Translations under genes and position numbers: made by a program
The notes under the pieces: model-generated
What the model saw: only the letters and a program-made list of their open reading frames with translations
Databases searched by the model: none
What the model was told of the DNA's origin: nothing
Shown: positions 37,893 to 46,551 of the stretch, in pieces
How the letters are laid out: every line of letters starts with the position of its first letter
Numbering within the stretch: position 1 is the first letter of the stretch
From: an uncultured virus (IMG/VR IMGVR_UViG_3300034374_009411)
Lineage: Duplodnaviria; Heunggongvirae; Uroviricota; Caudoviricetes
Direction: 5' to 3' (one strand)
IMG/VR virus record: IMGVR_UViG_3300034374_009411
Length of the DNA stretch: 57,254 nucleotides

Positions 37893-40253
37893 ATGACCCA
37901 AGAATATTTTAAAAAAGTACCAAATTTCGAATATATCAGTAGAGATTCGAATAACTCTCCACTGTCAGACTATACCGAAGTAAAAAACTTATTTAAAAGA
38001 GCAAAAATAAGAGATGATATTTTTCAAAATTTAAGTTATTTTGAAAAATATACAATTGTCGGTGAAGAGCGTCCAGATGATGTAGCGTATAAATTCTATG
38101 ATGACCCAACACTTGACTGGGTAATTTTACTTGCAAACAATATACAAAATCTCTATGACGAATGGCCAAAGTCACAATCATGCCAAAATGAATATTTACT
38201 AGAAAAATATGGAAGTTATGACAATCTATATAATGGAATACATCATTATGAAACTATAAATGTGACAGATTACTTAGGTAAGTTAATTATAGAAAAAGGT
38301 GTTACAGTAACTGAATCATATTATAATGCTCCAGAATTTATTGTAGAAACAGATAAATCAATTAATCTACCAATTACAGTTCCAGGAATACCTGCACAAA
38401 TATCTGCACAAGCATCTAATGGAAGATTAACAAATTTAACTCTAGTATCTACAGGTTTAGGATACACAGGATCTGTAGAGGTTTTCATATCTCCACCAAA
38501 TGATCCAGTTCAAGCATTAGTAGAGTTTGAATTAAATGATCCTCCAGCAAATAGGGAAGTTGGAGATTTTACAATAATTGATTCAGGATCTGGATATACT
38601 GTCCAACCAGCAATAACATTTAGTGATCCAGAGGAAACAATACCATGCCAACTAGAAGCTGTAATTGATGGTTCTGGAGCTTTAACTTCTATTAATATAT
38701 TAAATCCTGGAGAAGGATATACTTTTTTACCCACAATTACTATTGATACTCCAAGTGACATATTCTCAAATGCAATCTTAGATACAACATCAACTCTTAC
38801 CGTAGAGGCAAGTGGTTGGGAAGGATTTTACCTTGATCCTTCAGGAACTAGAGCATACACATGTCATGGTAATAATTCATACACTGAAGGAATAGTAGAA
38901 TATTATACATTCAATTCATCTTTTGATATTTCAAATGGAACAAAAATATCAGAACTAGACTTATCATCAAGTTTTGAGTACTTAACTGGAATAGAATTTA
39001 GACCTGATGGTTCAAGATTCTATGTGACGGGATTGACTTCAAGTGGATTCTTTATTCATCAATATAATCTGTCTGCAAGATGGAATATAACAACAGCTAC
39101 ACTTTCTGGAACATTTGCGATTTCGGAGTGTGCAGGAATTAGATTTAGAGATACTGGATCAAGTTTTTTTGTAGTTGATTTAGCAAACCCAGATACTATC
39201 AAAGAGTATGAACTTTATGATGATTGGAATATTAATGCAACATTTGCCAACCCAGTAAGAACTGTAGATATTAATGACATTACTGGAGAATCTTCAGTAA
39301 GAGGATTTTCCTTCAAAGATGATGGTTCAAAAATGTTTGTGTCTGGAACGGATACAAACTCTGTTCATATACTAGAATTAAGCACTAACTGGGATTTAGG
39401 TACGTTAACTTTAATAGGAAGCAAAAATACATCCTCAGAAGATAGTATTCCATTGGATGCTTACATGGATCCCACAGAAACTGTAATTATAACTGGTGGT
39501 TCAAATACAAATAAATTTTATGCTTATGATACAGATATCAGAGCAACTGCTACTGCTGTTTTGGGAATAGGAACTACTTCAGAGCAAGTTACAGACATAA
39601 TAGTAACAAAACAGGGATCAGGTTACAGTCAAGAAAATCCCCCATCTGTAACTATACAACCACCAGTAAGAGCAAGAAGAGCAGTTGGTTTTGTTCTAAT
39701 TGATAATAACCAAGTAAAGGATATTATTATTACTGATCCTGGTTATAACTATAAATCTCCACCAACTGCAGTAATTGATGAACCTCTTCCAAGAATTACT
39801 GCAAAAGGATACGCAACCGTACAATCTGGAAAAATTGTACAAATTGCATTGACAAATCCAGGTTTTGGTTATACAACTAATCCAACAGTAACATTATCAG
39901 ATCCAGGACCACTATATCAACCAGAAAAAGATGAAATTTTTATCTCCAATGGTCAGGAGTGGAAATATGATGGATTTGATTGGACTAGAAGATTATCTTA
40001 TGGAACTTTATATACAGATACTTTCCTAAATTCAAGAATAGAGGTTCCTGGTAATAAATCTTCTATTCCAGTAACAAACTTTATGTATGAAGAAAGATTA
40101 GAGACTAAAAAAAGATCAATCTTTATATTAAAGAGAGAATATTTAAACTTAGTCCTAGATGACATTGAATCTATAATGGAATATAAAAAGGGTTCTGAAC
40201 AATATGTGTCCAGAACCCTTAAAAGAGGATATAATCCTTTCTTCTTTAATTAA
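37893..40253 (+). CDS. gp53: Baseplate wedge protein gp53 with a large internal insertion
   Basis: N-terminal YF..VP..Y..KNLF.R..ERPDDVAYKFY..WVILLANNI..EWP..HHYET; C-terminal VTNF.YE..KR.IFILK. Confidence 0.85.
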   Translation: MTQEYFKKVPNFEYISRDSNNSPLSDYTEVKNLFKRAKIRDDIFQNLSYFEKYTIVGEERPDDVAYKFYDDPTLDWVILLANNIQNLYDEWPKSQSCQNEYLLEKYGSYDNLYNGIHHYETINVTDYLGKLIIEKGVTVTESYYNAPEFIVETDKSINLPITVPGIPAQISAQASNGRLTNLTLVSTGLGYTGSVEVFISPPNDPVQALVEFELNDPPANREVGDFTIIDSGSGYTVQPAITFSDPEETIPCQLEAVIDGSGALTSINILNPGEGYTFLPTITIDTPSDIFSNAILDTTSTLTVEASGWEGFYLDPSGTRAYTCHGNNSYTEGIVEYYTFNSSFDISNGTKISELDLSSSFEYLTGIEFRPDGSRFYVTGLTSSGFFIHQYNLSARWNITTATLSGTFAISECAGIRFRDTGSSFFVVDLANPDTIKEYELYDDWNINATFANPVRTVDINDITGESSVRGFSFKDDGSKMFVSGTDTNSVHILELSTNWDLGTLTLIGSKNTSSEDSIPLDAYMDPTETVIITGGSNTNKFYAYDTDIRATATAVLGIGTTSEQVTDIIVTKQGSGYSQENPPSVTIQPPVRARRAVGFVLIDNNQVKDIIITDPGYNYKSPPTAVIDEPLPRITAKGYATVQSGKIVQIALTNPGFGYTTNPTVTLSDPGPLYQPEKDEIFISNGQEWKYDGFDWTRRLSYGTLYTDTFLNSRIEVPGNKSSIPVTNFMYEERLETKKRSIFILKREYLNLVLDDIESIMEYKKGSEQYVSRTLKRGYNPFFFN

Positions 40254-41209
40254 CTGTTAGCAAGGCGTTGGAAGAAACTCATAGCATCATCATCTTCAGA
40301 ATCAACCGAAGAAGTTGAAGACATTGAATCCAACTCATCTTTCATAGATTGTGGCATAGAAGGTGCTGGTTTTGATTCTTTACGAGATTCAAAACTTGGA
40401 GTGAAGGATCCGCGATCAACATCTTCACCTTCAAGTTCTTCATCAATGTTTTGAAGGCGGGGAGTTCCTTTCTTACCAAGAACATAATCCAAACGTGTTT
40501 GGAGTTCTTCGTAACTCTTGAATTGCTTAGGATCTACAAGTTCAGTGAGAGAATACTGCTTCTTCCAAATTGCTTCAAGAGCATCATCATCATCCAGAAG
40601 AGCACCAGGACGATCAAACTCAGAAGAATCATAGTTCCAGTAACCTGCAACTTTTTTGATCTTCAGTTTAAAGTTGGCACCTTGCCAGAAGTCAAAGGGA
40701 TTGATTGGAGTTTCATCTTCAAATTCAGGTTGCATTGCTTCCATAATCTTATCAAAGATCTTCTTACCGTATTTAAAGAGGAAGACACGACCTTCGTTTT
40801 CTGGATGCGCCTTATCTTGAACAACGTAAATATTGCTATAGTAAGACAGTTTACGCTTTTGCTTTTGACTTACAATGTCCTTTTTAGATTGCTCCCCACT
40901 GTTCCAGAGTTCGCGATTCAGTTCTGAGACAGGATCTTTTTGACCCAGAGTTGTGAGAGAATTTTCAATATACCATCCACCAGGGCCTTGGAATGCATGG
41001 GTCCAAAGTTTTGCCCAGGGAAGATCTTCCTGATTAGGAGCAGGAAGGAAGCGGATTACTGCATAACCATTACCAGTTTTATCGAGTTCTGGTTTCCAAA
41101 GGCGATCATCAGCACCACCAGAACTATTACTCATTTTTTCGACTTCTTTGACCAGTTTTTGGGTCAAAGAACCGAGAGAAGATTGTTTTTTGAGATCAGA
41201 AAAAGACAT
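40250..41209 (-). CDS. gp32: Single-stranded DNA-binding protein gp32
   Basis: DDRLWKPELDKTGNGYAVIRFLPAP; HAFQGPGGWYIENSLTT; GANFKLKI; acidic tail. Confidence 0.95.
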   Translation of the reverse strand: MSFSDLKKQSSLGSLTQKLVKEVEKMSNSSGGADDRLWKPELDKTGNGYAVIRFLPAPNQEDLPWAKLWTHAFQGPGGWYIENSLTTLGQKDPVSELNRELWNSGEQSKKDIVSQKQKRKLSYYSNIYVVQDKAHPENEGRVFLFKYGKKIFDKIMEAMQPEFEDETPINPFDFWQGANFKLKIKKVAGYWNYDSSEFDRPGALLDDDDALEAIWKKQYSLTELVDPKQFKSYEELQTRLDYVLGKKGTPRLQNIDEELEGEDVDRGSFTPSFESRKESKPAPSMPQSMKDELDSMSSTSSVDSEDDDAMSFFQRLANS

Positions 41210-41283
41210 TGATAAACCTCAGATTTTTTTGTACGTATTTGGCTTTTGTGTACTCTTAGGGCACTTGCGGCGAGTACAGACCT

Positions 41284-41312
41284 ATAATAGAGCAAGTGCC
41301 CGCAGGTGTCAA
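41284..41312 (-). promoter_or_regulatory. Sigma70-type promoter for gp32
   Basis: TTGACA-17 nt-TATTAT. Confidence 0.7.
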
Positions 41313-41644
41313 CCCTCGCTTTGAATCCTGTCCTTCATTTTTTCTACCATTTTTTCCATATTAGCAAAAAGAACTGTCATATCAACATTTTCTGGAAGTC
41401 CCATACTAGCAGCAGAAGTCCTTATATTATTTTTCATTTCCACAGCTTTGGGATCATCAGAGAGTTTAATTCTAGTATAGAGAATTTTTTGTTTTTCTAA
41501 CAAAGATTCTAAAATGCCAACATGTTCTAACTTTTGATCTTTGTTCATGGTATAAAAATTAAACATACTAGCATAAAGCCTTTCTTGAAGGTTATTAATA
41601 CTATCAATTTCTCCTTTTATTATATCAGATTCAAAAAAACTCAT
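41309..41644 (-). CDS. DUF1825-like cyanobacterial/cyanophage protein
   Basis: MSFFESDII..LLEKQKILYTRIKLSDDP.A; ATGA coupled to gp59. Confidence 0.7.
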   Translation of the reverse strand: MSFFESDIIKGEIDSINNLQERLYASMFNFYTMNKDQKLEHVGILESLLEKQKILYTRIKLSDDPKAVEMKNNIRTSAASMGLPENVDMTVLFANMEKMVEKMKDRIQSEG

Positions 41645-42231
41645 AGCACACAATCCTTTATCATTTTTCGGTACTTAAAGATATCAATATTTATGAAAGG
41701 ATCATATTTTTTAATAATTTTAGATATTAATCCCCAAACTGGATCATCTGGCATTTTTTTATTAAAATCTTTTGTAAAATATAAAATTTTATCAATTATA
41801 ACAACAGTTTCTAGACAAATACTACCATCTAGATATTTTTTTAGTATAGGGGGATGACCTGAAGAACAATCAAATAAAGATTCTATATTAAACTGACTAA
41901 GAAGAGTTTCTACTTCATTAGAAAAAACATAAGATAGTGACTGATTTCTCATTTTCCAAGAAGAATACACAGATTCACCATTTCTTATAATATCACCAAT
42001 CCAAAGAGAATTTGGATCCTGGGATTGGACAAAATTTGAGACAAAGAAATTTATTACCTCTTTTTCATTTTTTTGTCTACTTAGTTTTTCAAACCAATAT
42101 CTATCCTTTCTTTTATAAAAAGACTGTATTGATGCATTTGTTTTACCACAGTATTTGTGGTAGTCATATTTATCTTTCGTAAAATGATTTTTTATTGAAA
42201 GATATGTCTTGTATACTTCAAAGGGTGTCAT
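41641..42231 (-). CDS. gp59: Helicase loader gp59
   Basis: FEVYKTYLSIKNHFT..YDY.KY..F.KRKDRYWFEKLS..HPPILK.YL.G.ICLET. Confidence 0.9.
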   Translation of the reverse strand: MTPFEVYKTYLSIKNHFTKDKYDYHKYCGKTNASIQSFYKRKDRYWFEKLSRQKNEKEVINFFVSNFVQSQDPNSLWIGDIIRNGESVYSSWKMRNQSLSYVFSNEVETLLSQFNIESLFDCSSGHPPILKKYLDGSICLETVVIIDKILYFTKDFNKKMPDDPVWGLISKIIKKYDPFINIDIFKYRKMIKDCVL

Positions 42232-42291
42232 AATTATAAAAAGGGGTTTTTGCGAAAAATTGTCGGGATAAATTTTCCGACCTTTTTCGAA

Positions 42292-42561
42292 TTAAAAAAC
42301 TAATTTCGCCCTGGATGTTCTCTTTAAAAAGTTTAATTCTATTGCATCGTACTTTAATTTTTCTTTTAATGGTTTTGATATAAGTTTTGGTACAGATTCA
42401 ATATCAATATTATTTTTACTACAAAAATGAATTATTGCATCAATATAATTCATATCTTTGTTATCTCTTACCAATATTTCAATTTCTGTTGAAAATTTTG
42501 AAGGACAAAAAAATTTTTTATCCAATGCTTTTTGTAATTCTTCTTCTATTTTAACTGACAT
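42292..42561 (-). CDS. gp33: Late promoter transcription co-activator gp33
   Basis: YIDAIIHFC..NIDIESVPKLISKPLKEKLKYDAIELNFLK; start moved to MSVKIEE. Confidence 0.9.
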   Translation of the reverse strand: MSVKIEEELQKALDKKFFCPSKFSTEIEILVRDNKDMNYIDAIIHFCSKNNIDIESVPKLISKPLKEKLKYDAIELNFLKRTSRAKLVF

Positions 42562-43228
42562 AGGATTCAAGTCTAAAGTTGACGAACTCTCTGATGTACT
42601 CTGTAAGTAATCTAATATACTTTTCTTTATCGTATTCTTCATAAACAACACACTCTCCATTTTCACAAGACATGATAATTACTAGTTTTTTTACAGATAT
42701 TCCTGTTAATTCATACAACATACAACCATAAGCCATACACTGTACAAAATAATGTTCAATCCATTCTTTTGGTTTTGGTTTTTTTGAAGTTTTGAAGTCT
42801 ATTATTGCTAATTCTCCGTTGTACTCAGCAATACAATCTACTGTTCCAGCTACACCAAGAACTTTACTATACAAAGATCCTTCAAGAGCATGAATATTAT
42901 TTATCTTACCTAATTCATACTTTGCTATTTTGAATAGATACTCTGACAAAGGTTGAACTTTTGGTAATTCCTCATTCTTAAGATGATACTCAACAAGAGT
43001 GTGCATATCAGTTCCACGACTTGTTGCTGCTCTTGTAATTTTGTCCGCTTTTTCTTCACCTATTTTTTTACGCCAGTTTGCAAAAAACTGGCGATTTTTA
43101 TGACTGGTTACTGAGGTAATAGAAACTAATTTAATTAGTTCTTCTTCTGTAGGTACTTTATAGTACCTAACTCCATCAATAGTCTCCCTCTCAAGACGAG
43201 GGAGGTCCAATTCAACATGATTAAACAT
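42551..43228 (-). CDS. PD-(D/E)XK exonuclease of T4-like cyanophages
   Basis: SITSVT..RGT.MH..E..L..AGTVDCIAEY.GELAIIDFKTS..YFVQ..AY. Confidence 0.85.
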   Translation of the reverse strand: MFNHVELDLPRLERETIDGVRYYKVPTEEELIKLVSITSVTSHKNRQFFANWRKKIGEEKADKITRAATSRGTDMHTLVEYHLKNEELPKVQPLSEYLFKIAKYELGKINNIHALEGSLYSKVLGVAGTVDCIAEYNGELAIIDFKTSKKPKPKEWIEHYFVQCMAYGCMLYELTGISVKKLVIIMSCENGECVVYEEYDKEKYIRLLTEYIREFVNFRLESYVS

Positions 43229-43986
43229 TAAAATCCTAATTCATTTTTTGCAATAAGGTATTCTTTACACAATCCAGAACGTACAATATCTTCAAGACCA
43301 AACTCAATAATATCAAACGACGGCATTGCTCTAAGAATCTTCATAAAATCGATGATACCATTCCTTTCATTTGTTTTTTGTAAATCAGATTGAGTAGCAT
43401 CTCCACAAAAACAAATTTTAGTATGCTCACCTGCCCTAGTAATTATACTATCAAGTTCATGAAAATTCAAATTTTGAAACTCATCAACGATGATAATAGA
43501 CTTATCTAAAGTAGTGCCTCTGAGAAAAGAAGTTGACCAAAAACTAATAGTTCCCTGAGTTTTTAAATTTCCATACAACATTTCAAACTCAGAGTCAGTT
43601 GCCATTTGGAACATATATTTAACCATATTTTTGTAAGGAATCTGATAGATATCAGCCTTATCTTCATGGGTTCCAGGTAAAAATCCAATCTCTCTAGTAG
43701 CAACTAAAGACCTAACAATATAAATTTTTTCATATGGAGTATGTTCATCAAGAACATCCTTCAATGCATTAAAAAGAGTGATAAAAGTTTTACCTGTACC
43801 TGCTGCACCATAAGCAACTAGATTTTTATCATCATCAAAACTATCAAACAATCTTTCTTGGTTATCAGTTAATGGTTCAACATTAAGAAGATAATCTGAA
43901 TTAATTGGTTTCCTTCTTTTCATTTGCTTTGCAGTCATTCCAACACCAATTGGTTGTAACTCAGATCCTCTTTTTTTTCTTGGCAT
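43228..43986 (-). CDS. phoH: PhoH-family ATPase
   Basis: GAAGTGKT, IGFLPG, TSFLRGTT, IVDEFQN, CGDATQSDL, DIVRSG. Confidence 0.95.
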   Translation of the reverse strand: MPRKKRGSELQPIGVGMTAKQMKRRKPINSDYLLNVEPLTDNQERLFDSFDDDKNLVAYGAAGTGKTFITLFNALKDVLDEHTPYEKIYIVRSLVATREIGFLPGTHEDKADIYQIPYKNMVKYMFQMATDSEFEMLYGNLKTQGTISFWSTSFLRGTTLDKSIIIVDEFQNLNFHELDSIITRAGEHTKICFCGDATQSDLQKTNERNGIIDFMKILRAMPSFDIIEFGLEDIVRSGLCKEYLIAKNELGF

Positions 43987-43991
43987 GTGCT

Positions 43992-44234
43992 TTAAATTTT
44001 GGTAACTTTTGATTTGGGAGCTTTTGATGCTTTTTCTAATACATCATTCCATCCAGGATGCTTTTTAATTAATTGGTCTTTCCACTCACCCAACTCTCCC
44101 AAAGAAGCGCAACCTTCAGACCAGTCTCTATGCCATTCTGGATTGTCTTGATACCACTGAGTGATATCATGCACACTCATTTCAATAACCTTTTTTTCAC
44201 CTGTAACTTTATTAACTATTGGATACTGTGCCAT
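43992..44234 (-). CDS. Conserved T4-like phage hypothetical protein
   Basis: YPIVNKVTGE..NPEW..GWNDVL pattern; TATAAATA at 44257-44264. Confidence 0.75.
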   Translation of the reverse strand: MAQYPIVNKVTGEKKVIEMSVHDITQWYQDNPEWHRDWSEGCASLGELGEWKDQLIKKHPGWNDVLEKASKAPKSKVTKI

Positions 44235-44265
44235 GCTATTTAATGATCTAATGATTTATTTATAA

Positions 44266-45018
44266 TTAAGGCGCTAACCTAGCACGATACAAACGTTTTT
44301 GTTCATAGTAACTCCAAACGTTAGGTGCCCAATCTTTAATGTGGTCGGTAATCTGTTCACACAAACATTGAATTTCTAGTTGTGCATCAAGTTTTGATCG
44401 AAGGTCTAAAAGATGAAGAGCCGAACGAAGATTAAAAGAAACAACAAAATTTTGTCTAATTGCTTGTGGAAGATAATCTCTTAGATGCTCTTCACACATT
44501 CCCATTTTATAATAATGCTCATATTCTTTACATTCAATCAGAATACGAGCAAGTTTTTGTTGCCTATGTTCTTCAGTCCACTCGTACTTTTTACCCTTTC
44601 GATTTGTATAAAATCCAGCTGGGCGAACATAAAAAACTTCTTCAGGATCAAGTTCCATTTTTGCAACTTGACGTACTCTTTTTCCAGTATACCTCTGAGA
44701 TTGAACATCGAAGGTGACTCCAACTCGATGAGTTCTTGCTTGAACAATCACATTATGAACATATCCAGAACAAGATAATGTAATTGAAGGATGTTCAATT
44801 GGACCCCAATGACCGCGATCATTACCCAAGAGTTGATCAACAATCCACTCACCACATTTTTGAGGATCAGGTAATTCTACGGTGTGAATTGGAACTTCAG
44901 AGTAATCACACTTTCCTGCTTGCCAAATAACTTGTTCTGGATTTTCGTAAGCATTTAATTTTACAACACTAAGATGTTTATCTAGAGCAAGAAGATCTTT
45001 TGCTTTGATTGGTTTCAT
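44266..45018 (-). CDS. thyX: FAD-dependent thymidylate synthase ThyX
   Basis: GHWGPIEH, RTHRVGVTFDVQSQRY, E..R..LP, NLRS..H..DLR..AQLEI. Confidence 0.9.
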   Translation of the reverse strand: MKPIKAKDLLALDKHLSVVKLNAYENPEQVIWQAGKCDYSEVPIHTVELPDPQKCGEWIVDQLLGNDRGHWGPIEHPSITLSCSGYVHNVIVQARTHRVGVTFDVQSQRYTGKRVRQVAKMELDPEEVFYVRPAGFYTNRKGKKYEWTEEHRQQKLARILIECKEYEHYYKMGMCEEHLRDYLPQAIRQNFVVSFNLRSALHLLDLRSKLDAQLEIQCLCEQITDHIKDWAPNVWSYYEQKRLYRARLAP

Positions 45019-45052
45019 ATTTTATAATTAATTCCTTTTAATTTTAATTTAA

Positions 45053-45229
45053 CTAGTCACAATAACCATCATCATCTTCCCAAATCTCATCATAGTCAGT
45101 TATTTTGCTATGAGTTTGTTCATAATTAGAAATATAATAGTTATCAACATTAGAATAAATTTCACATTCTAATTCATTAACTACTTCTTTCAATTTAGAG
45201 AGTAGACTTTTTAATTTTTCTTCTTCCAT
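45053..45229 (-). CDS. Small acidic hypothetical protein
   Basis: Start moved to MEEEKLK, downstream of the promoter at 45251-45280; ends DYDEIWEDDDGYCD. Confidence 0.7.
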   Translation of the reverse strand: MEEEKLKSLLSKLKEVVNELECEIYSNVDNYYISNYEQTHSKITDYDEIWEDDDGYCD

Positions 45230-45250
45230 AAAACATGTCTGCTTCTCCAC

Positions 45251-45289
45251 AATTTTAGCATAAAAAAAGGAAGGGATCAACCCTTCCTG
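45251..45289 (-). terminator. Intrinsic terminator with embedded -35 (TTGATC) and downstream -10 (TAAAAT)
   Basis: AGGAAGGG-TTGAT-CCCTTCCT-TTTTTT, ending the DUF4278 operon. Confidence 0.75.
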
Positions 45290-45366
45290 TTTAACAGCAT
45301 GACTTCCAAATAAATTAAGAGTATAAAAATCATTGATGCTGCAGTAATAGCTGCAACTACAATCAT
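45277..45366 (-). CDS. 29-aa single-TM peptide
   Basis: Manual: MIVVAAITAASMIFILLIYLEVMLLNRKG; ATGA overlap with the upstream ORF. Confidence 0.5.
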   Translation of the reverse strand: MIVVAAITAASMIFILLIYLEVMLLNRKG

Positions 45367-45482
45367 TTTTTTGCTACCTGGCAGTGACCTGCCATACACA
45401 TTTGTGCATCTTTAAGTTTTTGATCTTTGACTTGCTTTGCCTTAATGACAGAGAGCCAATTGGAAGTTTGATTTGTTTTCAT
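45363..45482 (-). CDS. 39-aa basic peptide
   Basis: Manual: MKTNQTSNWLSVIKAKQVKDQKLKDAQMCMAGHCQVAKK; ATGA overlap with the DUF4278 stop. Confidence 0.6.
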   Translation of the reverse strand: MKTNQTSNWLSVIKAKQVKDQKLKDAQMCMAGHCQVAKK

Positions 45483-45622
45483 TTTGCAACCTCTACTTTT
45501 TTAGTGAACTTCATTCCACGGTAAGTTAAAGTAAATTCTTTTACTTCAGTATTATTTTGAGGTTGTTCGATGTCATAATCGACACCGCGATATGTTGTTT
45601 TTGTGCTGTAAAGATTAAGCAT
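45479..45622 (-). CDS. DUF4278-family small protein
   Basis: Two TYRG motifs (TTYRGVDY, LTYRGMKF); AGGAG SD 7 nt before the ATG at 45622. The track's upstream extension runs through the RNA element. Confidence 0.8.
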   Translation of the reverse strand: MLNLYSTKTTYRGVDYDIEQPQNNTEVKEFTLTYRGMKFTKKVEVAK

Positions 45623-45680
45623 TGTTTTACTCCTAAAGAAATGAGATTTAACCTTCTCTGCTAAGCAGGATCCGTTTTCC

Positions 45681-45942
45681 CGTTCCTTCAGTCGTGTGCG
45701 TCCTATGAGTCTTCTAGTTGAAAACATACAGGATCTGTATGATCCATCCATTTGAAGACTAGACTAACCTTTTCAGATACACTAAAAAGCTCAGATTCTA
45801 ACAATCCCTGACTTAAAAACTCAAAATCTTCACATCGAAGATAATTCGATTGAGGGACATGTGTTGCTAAAAGCAAGGAGAGTAAAAACATAGGATGAAC
45901 GCTCCGTTCCGCGACTTACTTGCGACCCAGAAGGGTTGAACG
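45681..45942 (-). ncRNA. Glutamine riboswitch (glnA motif)-like double aptamer interrupted by an ORF
   Basis: CGTTCA-ACCC/GGGT-CGCAAGTA-AGTCG-CGGAACG-GAG-CGTTCA-TCCTATG[...]CATAGGA-CGCACA-CGACT-GAAGGAACG; upstream of DUF4278. Confidence 0.75.
45703..45891 (-). CDS. 62-aa hypothetical protein nested in the riboswitch loop
   Basis: ORF track; hydrophobic N-terminus and two Cys; ATG and TAG lie in complementary stem arms. Confidence 0.6.
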   Translation of the reverse strand: MFLLSLLLATHVPQSNYLRCEDFEFLSQGLLESELFSVSEKVSLVFKWMDHTDPVCFQLEDS

Positions 45943-45951
45943 TATAAATGC

Positions 45952-45980
45952 ATTATAACATGTACTATCTATATAGACAA
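45952..45980 (-). promoter_or_regulatory. Sigma70 promoter driving the riboswitch operon
   Basis: TTGTCT-17 nt-TATAAT with extended TG; predicted start a few nt before the aptamer. Confidence 0.75.
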
Positions 45981-46006
45981 CCAGTTTTGTATAATACTAT
46001 ACAATT

Positions 46007-46336
46007 TTACAAAAACATTCCTCTGTCACTCATGTACTGTAAAGTATCTTTCATACTACCAATATGCCTATTGCCTATTGCAACTTGAGGAAACTCTGCA
46101 TCAAGACCAAACTCAGAAACAAATTGCTTGATAGTAAAATCTTTTTCTAGTACGTATTCATGGAATTCACCACCTAAAGATTTTAAGAGCATTGACATAC
46201 GCTGACACTCTTGACTACCATTACTATAGATTACTGCTGTCTCTAACATTTTACTTAAAATAAACTGTCTACTTTTTTGGCACCAAACAAAGTGAGATTC
46301 TGTTCCATCTTTGTGAATTACACTATAATAACTCAT
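46007..46336 (-). CDS. Glutaredoxin-like (thioredoxin fold, single Cys) protein
   Basis: AVIYS...EC.R...LL; FG..AEFPQV.IG..HIG; may start at 46249. Confidence 0.65.
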   Translation of the reverse strand: MSYYSVIHKDGTESHFVWCQKSRQFILSKMLETAVIYSNGSQECQRMSMLLKSLGGEFHEYVLEKDFTIKQFVSEFGLDAEFPQVAIGNRHIGSMKDTLQYMSDRGMFL

Positions 46337-46551
46337 TCAAATACTGGAAGAGGTTTAGAAAAGAATTCATCTCTCATTTTTTTGAGAGCATCTAAATCAT
46401 TACCATAATAACCCATGTTCATGTAAACACAATCAAGATACCTAAGGTCTTCACGATTACTATCCAGTGTAAGATAATCACAATAATATAAAATTTCTTG
46501 TGGTACTTCTATTTTATTGTAGTTTTGCTCAATATAAAATGGAATTGTCAT
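46333..46551 (-). CDS. Hypothetical protein
   Basis: ORF track; coupled by overlapping start/stop codons. Confidence 0.65.
   Translation of the reverse strand: MTIPFYIEQNYNKIEVPQEILYYCDYLTLDSNREDLRYLDCVYMNMGYYGNDLDALKKMRDEFFSKPLPVFE

Noticed and set aside
42551..43228. Cas4 / CRISPR-associated gene
   Set aside because: Standard cyanophage PD-(D/E)XK exonuclease between phoH and gp33; no four-Cys cluster, cas genes or array.
43987..44265. Pho box upstream of phoH
   Set aside because: No convincing 11-nt-period direct repeats; only a T4 late promoter is visible.
45623..45751. 90-aa version of the DUF4278 ORF
   Set aside because: The extension runs through the riboswitch; a strong SD supports the ATG at 45622.
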